The notes under the pieces: generated by a model
Databases searched by the model: none
What the model was told of the DNA's origin: nothing
What the model saw: only the letters and a program-made list of their open reading frames with translations
In this document: piece by piece, positions 34,803-43,924 of the stretch
Position numbering within the stretch: the first letter of the stretch is position 1
How the letters are laid out: every line of letters begins with the position of its first letter
Sequence record: MZ501268.1
Reading direction: 5' to 3' (one strand)
DNA: 64,000 nucleotides
Program-made: the position numbers and the translations under genes

Positions 34803-35120
34803 TTAACTTGAGGTAGGTTGGTCGGCAGTTAACGTAGAAGGGAAGCTTCTGTCTTTACCCCAGATAAGACGTATTCCGCCTGTACCTGGTGAATAGGCAC
34901 TCCCCATTCCGCCACCACCGCCATAATTACCACCGGTCCCACCGCTTGCGGTTTTGCCGCCAGATCCACCTTTACCAAACTGGGCAAATGCCCCCGCACT
35001 ACCGGATGTACTGCCGGTGGTAGCAAATAACTTCTGACCTACCACGGTAGTATCGCTATCCGGCAACGAACCTCCTCCAGAACCTGGCCGATAGCTTGAG
35101 TTTAGTAACAGTTCTAGCAC
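34803..35120 (-). CDS. short glycine-rich MLE-family protein (internally shortened relative of 23899..24504)
   Basis: MLELLL.., VGQKLFATTG, GGIRLIWGKDRSFP. Confidence 0.65.
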   Translation of the reverse strand: MLELLLNSSYRPGSGGGSLPDSDTTVVGQKLFATTGSTSGSAGAFAQFGKGGSGGKTASGGTGGNYGGGGGMGSAYSPGTGGIRLIWGKDRSFPSTLTADQPTSS

Positions 35121-35129
35121 GGTGGCTCC

Positions 35130-37253
35130 TTACCAGCTAAACGCTTTATTGGCACGTGGCATAACAACTTCCATTGGAATGTCTTCGGTGACCAGTTCTT
35201 GAGACTCCATGTCATCAAGCCACGCTTCCATCCCAGCTGACAGGAACTGGTGTTCATGATCTTTCTCTTCGAACGATTCCATACCAGCAGCCTCAGCGAT
35301 CTCTTCCACATCAACAGTTGACCCGTAACGATCCAGACCCATCAACTGATCTACCTGGGATTTAGACCAAGCCATGATGTCTTCTGAGCGGGTAGAGATG
35401 TTTGGCATAGAACCGGTGTCCAACACGAAGTTGAAGATGTAGACATCGTCTTCCTGGCCAATACGGTGCATGCGGGAAACCGCCTGCTCGTAATGGTGGA
35501 AACGGAAGGGTTTGTTCAACATCAATCCACAGTTCGCTTCAGTCAAGGGTACTGCCTCAGCCAGTGAACGGAAGGTAGCAATCCCTGGGTTAACATCTTC
35601 AGAAGCACGGAATGACTTCACCATCTCAACCAGGTCTTTGTTGGTATCGCCGTAAACCACTACCGGCTTATACCCCAGACCGCGACAGATGAGTGCCATG
35701 GTTTCCAATGCTGGGACGAAGTCTGTAAAGATCAGGGTCTTCTTCTTGGCGTTGTCGATGTACGTTCCAAACGGAATGGCTTCAGCAAGCTCGACATGAC
35801 ACATGGTGCGCTCTTTACCCAGCACGCGACCTAAGCACTCACCTTTGATCTTCAGGTCAACATACTTGATCACTGACCGAGCATCTTTGAAAGGCTTGCG
35901 CATGTGGTCAGGGATTACCGGGATGATGCGTTTGAGTTCGTAGTCATTACAGTACTGACTGTACGGACCCATCCATTCTGCCTGGTACCCTTGCTTGATG
36001 AACATCTCCACGTAGTCGTTGTACTTCTTGAAGTCCTCTTTCTCTTTTGGAGAATGCAGGGTCTTCTCATACCACGCTAAAGCGTCATCGTAGATCTTCT
36101 GGTAGGTGGCTTTGTTTTCCGTGTAGAACTTAAAGCGTTCCTGGATAAAGGCCATCATGATCCGTTGGATGTTGTCCAAGGTATAATGCGCGCCATTCTT
36201 GATCTTCACCTTGACCGTGGCTTCAATCGGTTTGGTTGACATGAACTTCGACTTGGGTACAGAGAAGCTCACAATCCCCAGACGGTTAGCGAGGATATCG
36301 TTAGCCTTCGTCGCTGTCTTACCCCAGATCTTACGCATAGCCAATTCTACGTCCGCTGTGAAGCCTGGGATCAACGTACGGAATAAAGGCACAGCTTCGG
36401 TACCCATTGCCGTCAACGCCGTTCCTGAGGCCCACACGATGTCCTGTGCGCCTGATACCTGACAGAGCTCCACAAACAAACCGGTACGGGTAGACTCTTT
36501 CGTCTTCTGGTTAAGGTTGTGTGACTCGTCAAGGATAATCCCGACATTCGGTAAGCGGTGCTCTTTTACCAGCTTCACGATCTCATCGAGTTTCTCATAG
36601 TGGGCAACAATCCACTTAGTGCCTTTGCGATACGGCTGACCGTATTCGGCAACCCACACATCTTGCTCAGTGGTGAGTTCAGTGGTAATGGTGCGTTCCC
36701 AGACATCACGGGTGGCTTTCTTAGGCGCGATCACAATCACGAAGTCTTTCTTACGACAGAGCATCGTCATGATGCTGCACAGGGTTTTACCGGCACCCGG
36801 TGCTGCGGACAGTAATGCACCCCGTAGGCTGTAACGTGGCACTGCGGTATTGTAATAGTTCAGCCAGTTACGTTGTTCCGGTAATGGCGATTTCTTTACC
36901 AGTTTCAACTGACTGAGATCGATGATGTCTTCGTACTGTTCATCAAGGTTACGCATCCAGGTGTTCTTACGCAACAGATCCAGGATCTTTCCAATTCCCC
37001 GGCGGTCAGTCCAGGTCTTGTCGTGGTCCAGTAACTGTTTGAAGATGTACTCGACCTCAATGGCAAAGAAGCTGTTAAAGCTGATCTTGTTCTGGGTCAC
37101 CTCACGGAAAAGGTAACCTGCTACCTTACTGGTTTTCCAGACCTTTAGAATGTCACGAGTCGCTAACGGAGCATTAAAACCGGTAATGGTAATAACATCA
37201 TTCTTTTCTTCAACATTAATAAAGCCTAACGCACGGCGGAGATAATCAAACAT
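35130..37253 (-). CDS. SNF2/SWI2-family helicase (conserved in phiKZ-like phages)
   Basis: SAAPGAGKT, ILDESH, WASGT, QAVSRMHRIGQ. Confidence 0.9.
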   Translation of the reverse strand: MFDYLRRALGFINVEEKNDVITITGFNAPLATRDILKVWKTSKVAGYLFREVTQNKISFNSFFAIEVEYIFKQLLDHDKTWTDRRGIGKILDLLRKNTWMRNLDEQYEDIIDLSQLKLVKKSPLPEQRNWLNYYNTAVPRYSLRGALLSAAPGAGKTLCSIMTMLCRKKDFVIVIAPKKATRDVWERTITTELTTEQDVWVAEYGQPYRKGTKWIVAHYEKLDEIVKLVKEHRLPNVGIILDESHNLNQKTKESTRTGLFVELCQVSGAQDIVWASGTALTAMGTEAVPLFRTLIPGFTADVELAMRKIWGKTATKANDILANRLGIVSFSVPKSKFMSTKPIEATVKVKIKNGAHYTLDNIQRIMMAFIQERFKFYTENKATYQKIYDDALAWYEKTLHSPKEKEDFKKYNDYVEMFIKQGYQAEWMGPYSQYCNDYELKRIIPVIPDHMRKPFKDARSVIKYVDLKIKGECLGRVLGKERTMCHVELAEAIPFGTYIDNAKKKTLIFTDFVPALETMALICRGLGYKPVVVYGDTNKDLVEMVKSFRASEDVNPGIATFRSLAEAVPLTEANCGLMLNKPFRFHHYEQAVSRMHRIGQEDDVYIFNFVLDTGSMPNISTRSEDIMAWSKSQVDQLMGLDRYGSTVDVEEIAEAAGMESFEEKDHEHQFLSAGMEAWLDDMESQELVTEDIPMEVVMPRANKAFSW

Positions 37254-37332
37254 AAATGCCCCTTAGGAAAGTTAAATCATACTAAACTGATCTATAAAAT
37301 AACGTACGATGTCAAATCCACATTTTTATATA

Positions 37333-37350
37333 CCTACATTACAGTGGTGA
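37333..37350 (+). promoter_or_regulatory. putative early promoter CCTACATTAC-N4-GTGA
   Basis: Exact motif match in a divergent intergenic region. Confidence 0.65.
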
Positions 37351-37453
37351 TATGTTGTACAATATAAGACATATTCGTTGCGCCTACTAAAGTTTTATTC
37401 CACACTAAATTATAATAGTGCTTTAGTATACGTCCAACGCAAGGGGATCTATT

Positions 37454-37525
37454 ATGGATCGTTTAATTATTTTCATCGGGGTAGTTGTCATGTTTGTTAT
37501 TACGATGGTAACACACGTGACATAA
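37454..37525 (+). CDS. 23-aa hydrophobic mini-protein (MDRLIIFIGVVVMFVITMVTHVT)
   Basis: Hand-translated; RBS AAGGGGA; first ORF after the promoter. Confidence 0.5.
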   Translation: MDRLIIFIGVVVMFVITMVTHVT

Positions 37526-37543
37526 TGTACGAAGGAGAGGGTT

Positions 37544-37957
37544 ATGAATCGCCCTACAGTAACTGTACGTAGTATGGTTGAGGATTTGTTAGCAATGGCA
37601 CAACAGCAGCACCCAGACGTATCTCGACTCGCTATAAAAGTCGCTTATATTCAGAATGAACAAAATAAATACATTGTGAATATTACCACGGCAGCAGGAG
37701 TGGTACCGTTCACTGATGAAAGTCAGGTGGATGTTATGGGAGTTGTTGAGCGTGAGGTGGCGAAGATCACTGAACGCGAACGCAACAAACCTAACGTAGG
37801 CGAATTAGACATAGCCAGTAACACCACAATAAATCTGTATACGAAGTTTAGGCGCATCTTTGGGCCTCGACCCATTATCACAGTGAAATTGGGTTATCTT
37901 GATCCACTCAATCCTAGCGTAAACAGGTTGACCGTGGAATTAGACTACACTTACTAA
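37544..37957 (+). CDS. hypothetical protein
   Basis: RBS AAGGAG; 137 aa. Confidence 0.7.
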   Translation: MNRPTVTVRSMVEDLLAMAQQQHPDVSRLAIKVAYIQNEQNKYIVNITTAAGVVPFTDESQVDVMGVVEREVAKITERERNKPNVGELDIASNTTINLYTKFRRIFGPRPIITVKLGYLDPLNPSVNRLTVELDYTY

Positions 37958-37961
37958 GGGT

Positions 37962-38546
37962 TTGACAACAATGTTAAACAAAATTATCTCTGACAATGTC
38001 GGCCGTGTATCGGTAAAGATCTGGGACAACTGCGAAGATTATTTACTTCGCATTACCCAGGGCATCAAACGTGACATCATGCGTGAAATCAAAACGCACG
38101 GCGGCAGGAATCATTTCCGCATTGTCGTTCGTAACTCGCTGGGTTACAACAAAGTTGAAGGCGTGTTCCATGATCTCCAAGTGGTCGTCACCTGTACGAG
38201 AAACACAAACGAGATGAAAGAAACTGTGCGCCTGCCGGTGAGCAAGGATAACCCACTGGCGATCGTGCAAGGCACGTTAATGCACGCAGCGATCAAAGCT
38301 AACACCGTGCGCACCTACACCTCTGTGAATGTACAGGCGGATGCAGTGCGTTCTTCACTTAAAGCGCAGTTGGATGATATCCTGAAGACACACAGCTCAG
38401 TGATCTCTATTCATCAACACAAATCTGGCCATCCTGAAATTGTTGCAGAATTCATTCAGACTGACGGGCCTTCCATTGCCGCGTTGTTTGATAAACTTGC
38501 GCAACACAACTCTATGGGCGGTCTGTCCACACAGCCCTCGATGTAA
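37962..38546 (+). CDS. hypothetical protein
   Basis: 194-aa ORF; TTG or ATG 37971 start. Confidence 0.7.
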   Translation: MTTMLNKIISDNVGRVSVKIWDNCEDYLLRITQGIKRDIMREIKTHGGRNHFRIVVRNSLGYNKVEGVFHDLQVVVTCTRNTNEMKETVRLPVSKDNPLAIVQGTLMHAAIKANTVRTYTSVNVQADAVRSSLKAQLDDILKTHSSVISIHQHKSGHPEIVAEFIQTDGPSIAALFDKLAQHNSMGGLSTQPSM

Positions 38547-38603
38547 GCTCTCGTAATCCAGTCAGGCGGGTGTGTTTCACCGCCTGACTTTTAGGAGTCT
38601 ATT

Positions 38604-39104
38604 ATGAGCTCACTCCCCACTGACTTATTTTTTGGTCCCACCATACCACTCGGTCTGGCAATCGGCACCCTTGGTTGGTTATTGTACGTGAAGCAGTCAA
38701 ACAAGTCACATCAACACATGATCAATGTTGTCGGTCATCAGTTGGTCAATGACATCGAACACCTGTGTCGGGAACTAGCCAGCCCGTCGGATCATCGGCG
38801 CTACATTAAGACCGATCTTCCAGTAGAAGGTGATCAGAGTAACTACCTGTGTAAACATATCGAGTCGTATCTAAAGCGTCGTGTAACTAAATACATCGAT
38901 GCCGCTTTTTATAGCGACCGGTCTGTAGGACGTGTCAAAGTCACGATTAAAGTTGCCGCGGTTAACATCGCGCACATGGGTGAAGTCATTAAGATAAGTT
39001 TTAAACTAGGCAGGGGATTCTTCATGGATCACGTCACCTATTTTAAACCGTCTACCTTCGCACATGCCACCGACTTTTTTAAACATGAAGTTCTTTCCAA
39101 ATAA
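38604..39104 (+). CDS. N-terminally membrane-anchored hypothetical protein
   Basis: RBS AGGAG; TM segment IPLGLAIGTLGWLLYV. Confidence 0.7.
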   Translation: MSSLPTDLFFGPTIPLGLAIGTLGWLLYVKQSNKSHQHMINVVGHQLVNDIEHLCRELASPSDHRRYIKTDLPVEGDQSNYLCKHIESYLKRRVTKYIDAAFYSDRSVGRVKVTIKVAAVNIAHMGEVIKISFKLGRGFFMDHVTYFKPSTFAHATDFFKHEVLSK

Positions 39105-39116
39105 AGGATCGCAGTT

Positions 39117-40454
39117 ATGTCAAGCAAGAAAGCAGCCAAACAGAATCCAAAGAAGCAGCATAAGCAAGCGCTTGCACAGCAGATGCAAGAAGTGAGCACC
39201 GACCTGCAGTGGGCTCAGCAGATCTTCCCACACATCGACCAGTACTTTGTTGACCTGGTTGGTAACGACGTTCATCGCCGCTATAAAGGCGCAACCGAAT
39301 ACCCGAAACATTTTGGCGCCCGTGTTGAGATCAATGAAAAACACAGTCGCTTCGATGTCATGAAGTTCGTCACCTTCAATGAAGAAGGTGTCTTGGCCAA
39401 AGATGGCGATATTAATGAAGGCGAATACGAAATGGGTTATGTCCATTTCCACACGCTGAAACAGATCGCTGAAGATGCACACAAAAAGCAACGTCCTGTT
39501 GATATCGGCTGGGCCTATGTACCTCACATCAACTTCGACTACTCTGTTGATGCCGCACTGCGTGCTGCTGAGAAACACGAGCATTTCGAAGCGGCTGTGA
39601 AAGCACACCTGGGCAAAGCGCTGGTTATCTACAATAACGTGGTTGAAGAACTGAAGCAGGAATACGCCGCAGAGAACGATGACGGTCTCTATATCGGTGT
39701 GTGCTTCTACTACAACCCGGAAACCAACATGCTGGAATATGTCATGCAGAAACACGGCGTGACTGACCTGATTGACGGCAAAGCATCAGAACGTGATTTC
39801 CGTGACCTGCCTGCAACGAACGGTGAAACCTCACCAATCGTAGTAGACGGTGACGAGTCGTTCCGTAACTATGCGTCATGCATGCTGCGACTGGTAGCTG
39901 ATGTCGCGAAGTGGGAACGTATCAGTAAGCCAAGCAAAGCCCGTATGGAAGCTGCCGCTGATGACCTGGTTGACCGTATGATCAGTAATGCAGAGTCCGT
40001 CTTTGACAACGCGAAAACCAAAGCCAAAGAAGACGGCATCACTGCAGAGCTCGGCATGCGTTACAACGGCCTGCGCGGTATGTTGGAAGTGGTTTACTTC
40101 GATGACCACAACAATGTCTGTCAGATCGACCTGGGAATGGATGCAGCCGCTGTGCTGTTGATCATGACCCGTATCGAACCTGACCTGCAGTTGCATGTCA
40201 CTCCACGTTTCAACAAAGCTTTCGTCGAACGTTTTGGTTCTGGTGACCGTACGGTAATTTCTGCAGATGGCACCACCATCGCGACAGAAATCAAACCAGG
40301 TCTGCAGATCATCGACGACTTGCCATTCATCCCTGAGACTGCCTCGTACCCACGCGGTCAAACTCCGGACCTTCTGGTAGTCGATGAATTCGGTGCTACA
40401 GAAGAAGCGGATGATGAAGTGGCTGCTGATGAAAATTACGCACTGAAGTCGTAA
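39117..40454 (+). CDS. hypothetical acidic protein
   Basis: 445 aa; RBS AAGGA; strong codon bias. Confidence 0.8.
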   Translation: MSSKKAAKQNPKKQHKQALAQQMQEVSTDLQWAQQIFPHIDQYFVDLVGNDVHRRYKGATEYPKHFGARVEINEKHSRFDVMKFVTFNEEGVLAKDGDINEGEYEMGYVHFHTLKQIAEDAHKKQRPVDIGWAYVPHINFDYSVDAALRAAEKHEHFEAAVKAHLGKALVIYNNVVEELKQEYAAENDDGLYIGVCFYYNPETNMLEYVMQKHGVTDLIDGKASERDFRDLPATNGETSPIVVDGDESFRNYASCMLRLVADVAKWERISKPSKARMEAAADDLVDRMISNAESVFDNAKTKAKEDGITAELGMRYNGLRGMLEVVYFDDHNNVCQIDLGMDAAAVLLIMTRIEPDLQLHVTPRFNKAFVERFGSGDRTVISADGTTIATEIKPGLQIIDDLPFIPETASYPRGQTPDLLVVDEFGATEEADDEVAADENYALKS

Positions 40455-40464
40455 TACTGCTGTA

Positions 40465-40486
40465 GGGGGAGGGCTTCGGCTCTCCC
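40465..40486 (+). terminator. intrinsic terminator
   Basis: GGGGGAGGGC-TTCG-GCTCTCCC plus TTTT. Confidence 0.75.
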
Positions 40487-40525
40487 TTTTGAGGGATTGC
40501 TTTTATTTTTGTTTATTTTTTGAGT

Positions 40526-40565
40526 TGCAGAAAATTTCAGACCTATATGACGTAAGTGAATAGAG
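40526..40565 (+). promoter_or_regulatory. extended early promoter, copy 1
   Basis: TGCAGAAAATTTCAGACCTATATGACGTAAGTGAATAGAG; near-duplicate at 42184. Confidence 0.7.
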
Positions 40566-40613
40566 CCAGTAGTCACTGACTCGACAACTTTAATCACTTA
40601 CGAGGTATAGACT

Positions 40614-41051
40614 ATGAAACTGAATAAACTGCGTTATGTTCTTTCTAAGGGATTCATTTCTCTTTGTGTTGACAACATCGAGAAGATGGGTATGGCAACT
40701 GTTATCCGTATGGCTGAACGTCGCTATGCATTCGCTAACCCAAAAGCTGATGAAATTGAAATCAATGAATCAGATGTTGAACGCGCACTTAGCATCGCTA
40801 AGCACAAAGATGCACGTTATGACCGCATCGCTAACCTGTACTCTTGGTTGGCTCGCAACATCAACGGTGTTCGTAACAACGCTGCGCTGAACAGCGAAGT
40901 AATGAAAAGCCTGTGGATGAGCTACCGCGGTTATATCACTGCAAACGCTCTGGAAGGACTGTGGGTGGTTACTAAGGTGTATGACAATGGTGCTGATCAC
41001 GAACTTGAGTTCAGCGAAGTGTGTACCCTGATTACCAACAGCGAAGTATAA
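40614..41051 (+). CDS. hypothetical protein
   Basis: RBS GAGGT; strong codon bias. Confidence 0.75.
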   Translation: MKLNKLRYVLSKGFISLCVDNIEKMGMATVIRMAERRYAFANPKADEIEINESDVERALSIAKHKDARYDRIANLYSWLARNINGVRNNAALNSEVMKSLWMSYRGYITANALEGLWVVTKVYDNGADHELEFSEVCTLITNSEV

Positions 41052-41061
41052 GGAGCACATT

Positions 41062-41547
41062 ATGTCGAATGGGGTAATGTGGATGATATTGGCAGGGCTG
41101 ATAGCGATTGGCTTTAAAATAATCGGTACGGCTTTGTCATCCCCGGCATCGACTGTTGCAGATCTAAAACGCTGGGCTTCTATGAAGACACCAGATTTCA
41201 TTGATGCGGCGTTCACCGGGAACGCGATGTACTGCATCACCGAACGTACTGCAAGACGTCATTTGGAGTTGTATGGTCCAAATGGTATTGTGGGAATGTA
41301 CAGTGATGTGTTTGATGAACTACGACAATGTACCACTATGGACGGGTGGGTTATCGACGGTAAGATTGTCGACAATAGAAAAGGGGCTGTACTGATCACC
41401 TTATCATTGCATCGCAATGACGTGGAGACCAGACGTGAGTATACGGTCCCATACTTGCAAATCTTGCGAGTTACCGATACGTTCTCACCTGAAATCCTGC
41501 GTCGTTCTGTTCGCGATGTTCAGGTTATTAATGAACAAGTTATTTAA
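41062..41547 (+). CDS. N-terminally membrane-anchored hypothetical protein
   Basis: RBS AAGGAG; TM segment VMWMILAGLIAIGF. Confidence 0.7.
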   Translation: MSNGVMWMILAGLIAIGFKIIGTALSSPASTVADLKRWASMKTPDFIDAAFTGNAMYCITERTARRHLELYGPNGIVGMYSDVFDELRQCTTMDGWVIDGKIVDNRKGAVLITLSLHRNDVETRREYTVPYLQILRVTDTFSPEILRRSVRDVQVINEQVI

Positions 41548-41561
41548 TCCCTCCGAATTTT

Positions 41562-41592
41562 AGGCCAGGTGCAAACCTGGCCTTTATGCCGG
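41562..41592 (+). terminator. hairpin + TTATGCCG terminator
   Basis: AGGCCAGG-TGCAAA-CCTGGCCT, then TTATGCCGG. Confidence 0.8.
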
Positions 41593-41751
41593 TTTAGGGA
41601 ATGGTACCCGTTATGCCACTATCAATTAACCAAAACGTAGAAATGGTAGATTGGCCTAACGTAGGGCCAATTACCTAACCGACATACTGCGCTGGGGATC
41701 CAAGTGGTCCCCGGGCAACCAATTCAATTTAACCGAATGTAAGGCACCATT

Positions 41752-41934
41752 ATGAACTTAGTAAAATTAGCTGTCAACGTAGTGGAATTAGTGTTAGTCG
41801 TAAAACAAGAGAAACGCCGTGCGGCACGTCAGGCTCAAGACCGTGCATTCTTGGCAGCCGCTAATGCAATTATTGCAGAACAGCAGCGCCAGCTTAAGAT
41901 CTTGTCTCGTGTTAACCGTTCTATTAAGCGTTAA
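41752..41934 (+). CDS. small basic helical protein
   Basis: RBS AAGG; 60 aa, Arg-rich. Confidence 0.6.
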   Translation: MNLVKLAVNVVELVLVVKQEKRRAARQAQDRAFLAAANAIIAEQQRQLKILSRVNRSIKR

Positions 41935-41996
41935 GTTTCACCCATAAAACAATAAACCTTTTTCTTCACTTTTATCTTCACCAGGAATTTATTAAC

Positions 41997-42152
41997 ATGT
42001 CATTCTTAAAATCACTGTTCAAAACTACGCCCGTTGCTGCTCTCTCTGTTATCGAAGCCGAGCCGAAAGCACGCACTGAACTGTTAGCCCGCATCGCTCA
42101 CCGCGAAGCCAATAATGCCCGCACTATCCGGATGCGTGAAATCATTCGTTAA
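41997..42152 (+). CDS. 51-aa basic peptide (MSFLKSLFKTTPVAALSVIEAEPKARTELLARIAHREANNARTIRMREIIR)
   Basis: Hand-translated; RBS AGGA; amphipathic N-terminus. Confidence 0.6.
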   Translation: MSFLKSLFKTTPVAALSVIEAEPKARTELLARIAHREANNARTIRMREIIR

Positions 42153-42183
42153 GCACAACGCAGTAAAGTAACAAAATATTGAA

Positions 42184-42223
42184 TGTAGAAAATCTTACAC
42201 CTATATGACCTAGGTGATAAAGA
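42184..42223 (+). promoter_or_regulatory. extended early promoter, copy 2
   Basis: TGTAGAAAATCTTACACCTATATGACCTAGGTGATAAGAG. Confidence 0.7.
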
Positions 42224-42282
42224 GTAGTAAAAGAAGTTCCCGTCGTATCCAATTTAACCTAATCGTCTTGTGAGGTATTACC

Positions 42283-42909
42283 ATGTCAAACATTCATTCT
42301 CTGAATCAAACTCCTACTAACCCGGCTATGGCTGAAGCTTTCTTACAAGCGGCGACCAAGAACAAATCGCCGGAGATCGGTGGTGACACCTTACAAGCCG
42401 AATTAGCCAACATGGAACAGGTGAAACCTGAGCCAGACACCACCGCAAGCCGCCTGGCCAAATCTCTGGCCTCCATGAACGCTGGTGTGAAGAACGTCAG
42501 CGACAAAGTCAACGAAGTGAAGGAAGAGATCATGCATCACACCGATGGTTCTGACAACATGTTTGCAGAAGTAGAAGAGATCATGGAACCGGAATTCACC
42601 GGAAGCCATAGTCGTGTTAAAGCGATGGCCCTGATGGTCGCAGGTTCTGGTTTGGCAGCCACTGCAGTCGGCGCACTGTTTACCCGTGATGGCAAGACCA
42701 TCAAGAACATGGCGATCAGCAGTCTGGTATCCGGCAGTGCGTTGGTCGGGATGGAAGCCATTAAAGCCAAATGTGCGCCGTCTATTGCTGACCGCATGAC
42801 CATGGGTAAAAAGCGTAGTGCTAAGTTACTGGGTGGTGGGATGCTCATCGGCGCAGTAACCACAACGATCTGCCTGTCTGTAGCCCGCATCTTTAACTCT
42901 GGAGAATAA
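42283..42909 (+). CDS. membrane-associated protein, FxxxxxxxEP family member 1
   Basis: MFAEVEEIMEP followed by Gly/Ala-rich hydrophobic helices; RBS GAGGT. Confidence 0.7.
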   Translation: MSNIHSLNQTPTNPAMAEAFLQAATKNKSPEIGGDTLQAELANMEQVKPEPDTTASRLAKSLASMNAGVKNVSDKVNEVKEEIMHHTDGSDNMFAEVEEIMEPEFTGSHSRVKAMALMVAGSGLAATAVGALFTRDGKTIKNMAISSLVSGSALVGMEAIKAKCAPSIADRMTMGKKRSAKLLGGGMLIGAVTTTICLSVARIFNSGE

Positions 42910-42910
42910 C

Positions 42911-43291
42911 ATGAGTAACTTATTCGACACTATCGAAGAAGTGCAAGAACCTGTAGTGGATCTGGCAGTATCAAGACGCACTATCATGATGGCTTCCTGT
43001 ATTCGTGCAGCAGCGCTGTCTACCGGGGTTGTAGTGGGTGCGATGGCAATGAAGATCAAGCCCAGCACCATCGCGAAAGCTGCGGTGATTCCAGCAGTGA
43101 TTGAGCTGGCTACAACTTATGCCCAAGTACACCGCGCTGATGAAGACATCGTGGTACTGGAGGCTGCGGCAACCAACAGCAAAACACACTTCAATAACGC
43201 CGCGATGAACTTCGTCGGTGGTGCAGTCGCAATCGTCGGTGGTGCAGTTATTGCCCGCTGGCTCAAAGGTCCGGATCTCCCGGCTGAATAA
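42911..43291 (+). CDS. membrane-associated protein, FxxxxxxxEP family member 2
   Basis: LFDTIEEVQEP plus hydrophobic helices; RBS GGAG. Confidence 0.7.
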   Translation: MSNLFDTIEEVQEPVVDLAVSRRTIMMASCIRAAALSTGVVVGAMAMKIKPSTIAKAAVIPAVIELATTYAQVHRADEDIVVLEAAATNSKTHFNNAAMNFVGGAVAIVGGAVIARWLKGPDLPAE

Positions 43292-43309
43292 ATCCCTTTA
43301 ATAAGGAAC

Positions 43310-43504
43310 ATGGCGATGTTCAATAAATCAGATAAAGTTCAAGAACCAACTTGCGAAATAACCGTAAACGTAAACCTGCAAATCGTTGGCATGGCCATGG
43401 GCTGTGTACTTGCACAAAGCGAGAACACTTTAGTCAAAGCAAGCGGTGTCGGTCTGGTGACTGCATCGTTCCTGCGCATGGTAAACAAACTGGCTAAGAT
43501 TTAA
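43310..43504 (+). CDS. membrane-associated protein, FxxxxxxxEP family member 3
   Basis: MFNKSDKVQEP plus hydrophobic helices; RBS AAGGA. Confidence 0.65.
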   Translation: MAMFNKSDKVQEPTCEITVNVNLQIVGMAMGCVLAQSENTLVKASGVGLVTASFLRMVNKLAKI

Positions 43505-43574
43505 GAACACCCCTGTAGTAAACAAACCCAATCCAAACAACTGTAATTAACCTAACTGTATAAGAGAGATTCCC

Positions 43575-43874
43575 ATGAAAGATACTAACGTAAACGCAAT
43601 CAACGAAACTGCACGTACCGCTGGCGAAACTGTTGAAGCAGCAGTAAAAGAAACCATGTTCGCTAAAGTGACTGAAGTGACTGAACCATCAGTTGCGAAG
43701 AAAGTGGCTAAGCGCACCCTGATCGCCGGTGGTGTGCTGGCGCTGTGTGGTCTGGGTTACTTCGGTTACCGTGCAGTGAAGAAAACCAAAGCGATCGTCA
43801 TCGTGGCGGAAGGTGATGCGGCAAACGAAGCAACTGCTGAAGAACCTGCAGCTACTGACGACGCAGCTGCGTAA
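43575..43874 (+). CDS. membrane-associated protein, FxxxxxxxEP family member 4
   Basis: MFAKVTEVTEP plus TM segment LIAGGVLALCGLGYFGY. Confidence 0.7.
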   Translation: MKDTNVNAINETARTAGETVEAAVKETMFAKVTEVTEPSVAKKVAKRTLIAGGVLALCGLGYFGYRAVKKTKAIVIVAEGDAANEATAEEPAATDDAAA

Positions 43875-43880
43875 TTTTGT

Positions 43881-43904
43881 GAGGGCTAGGATATCCTAGC
43901 CCTT
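43881..43904 (+). terminator. intrinsic terminator
   Basis: GAGGGCTAGG-ATAT-CCTAGCCCTT, then a T-run. Confidence 0.75.
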
Positions 43905-43924
43905 ATCTATTCATTCTTTTTTTT

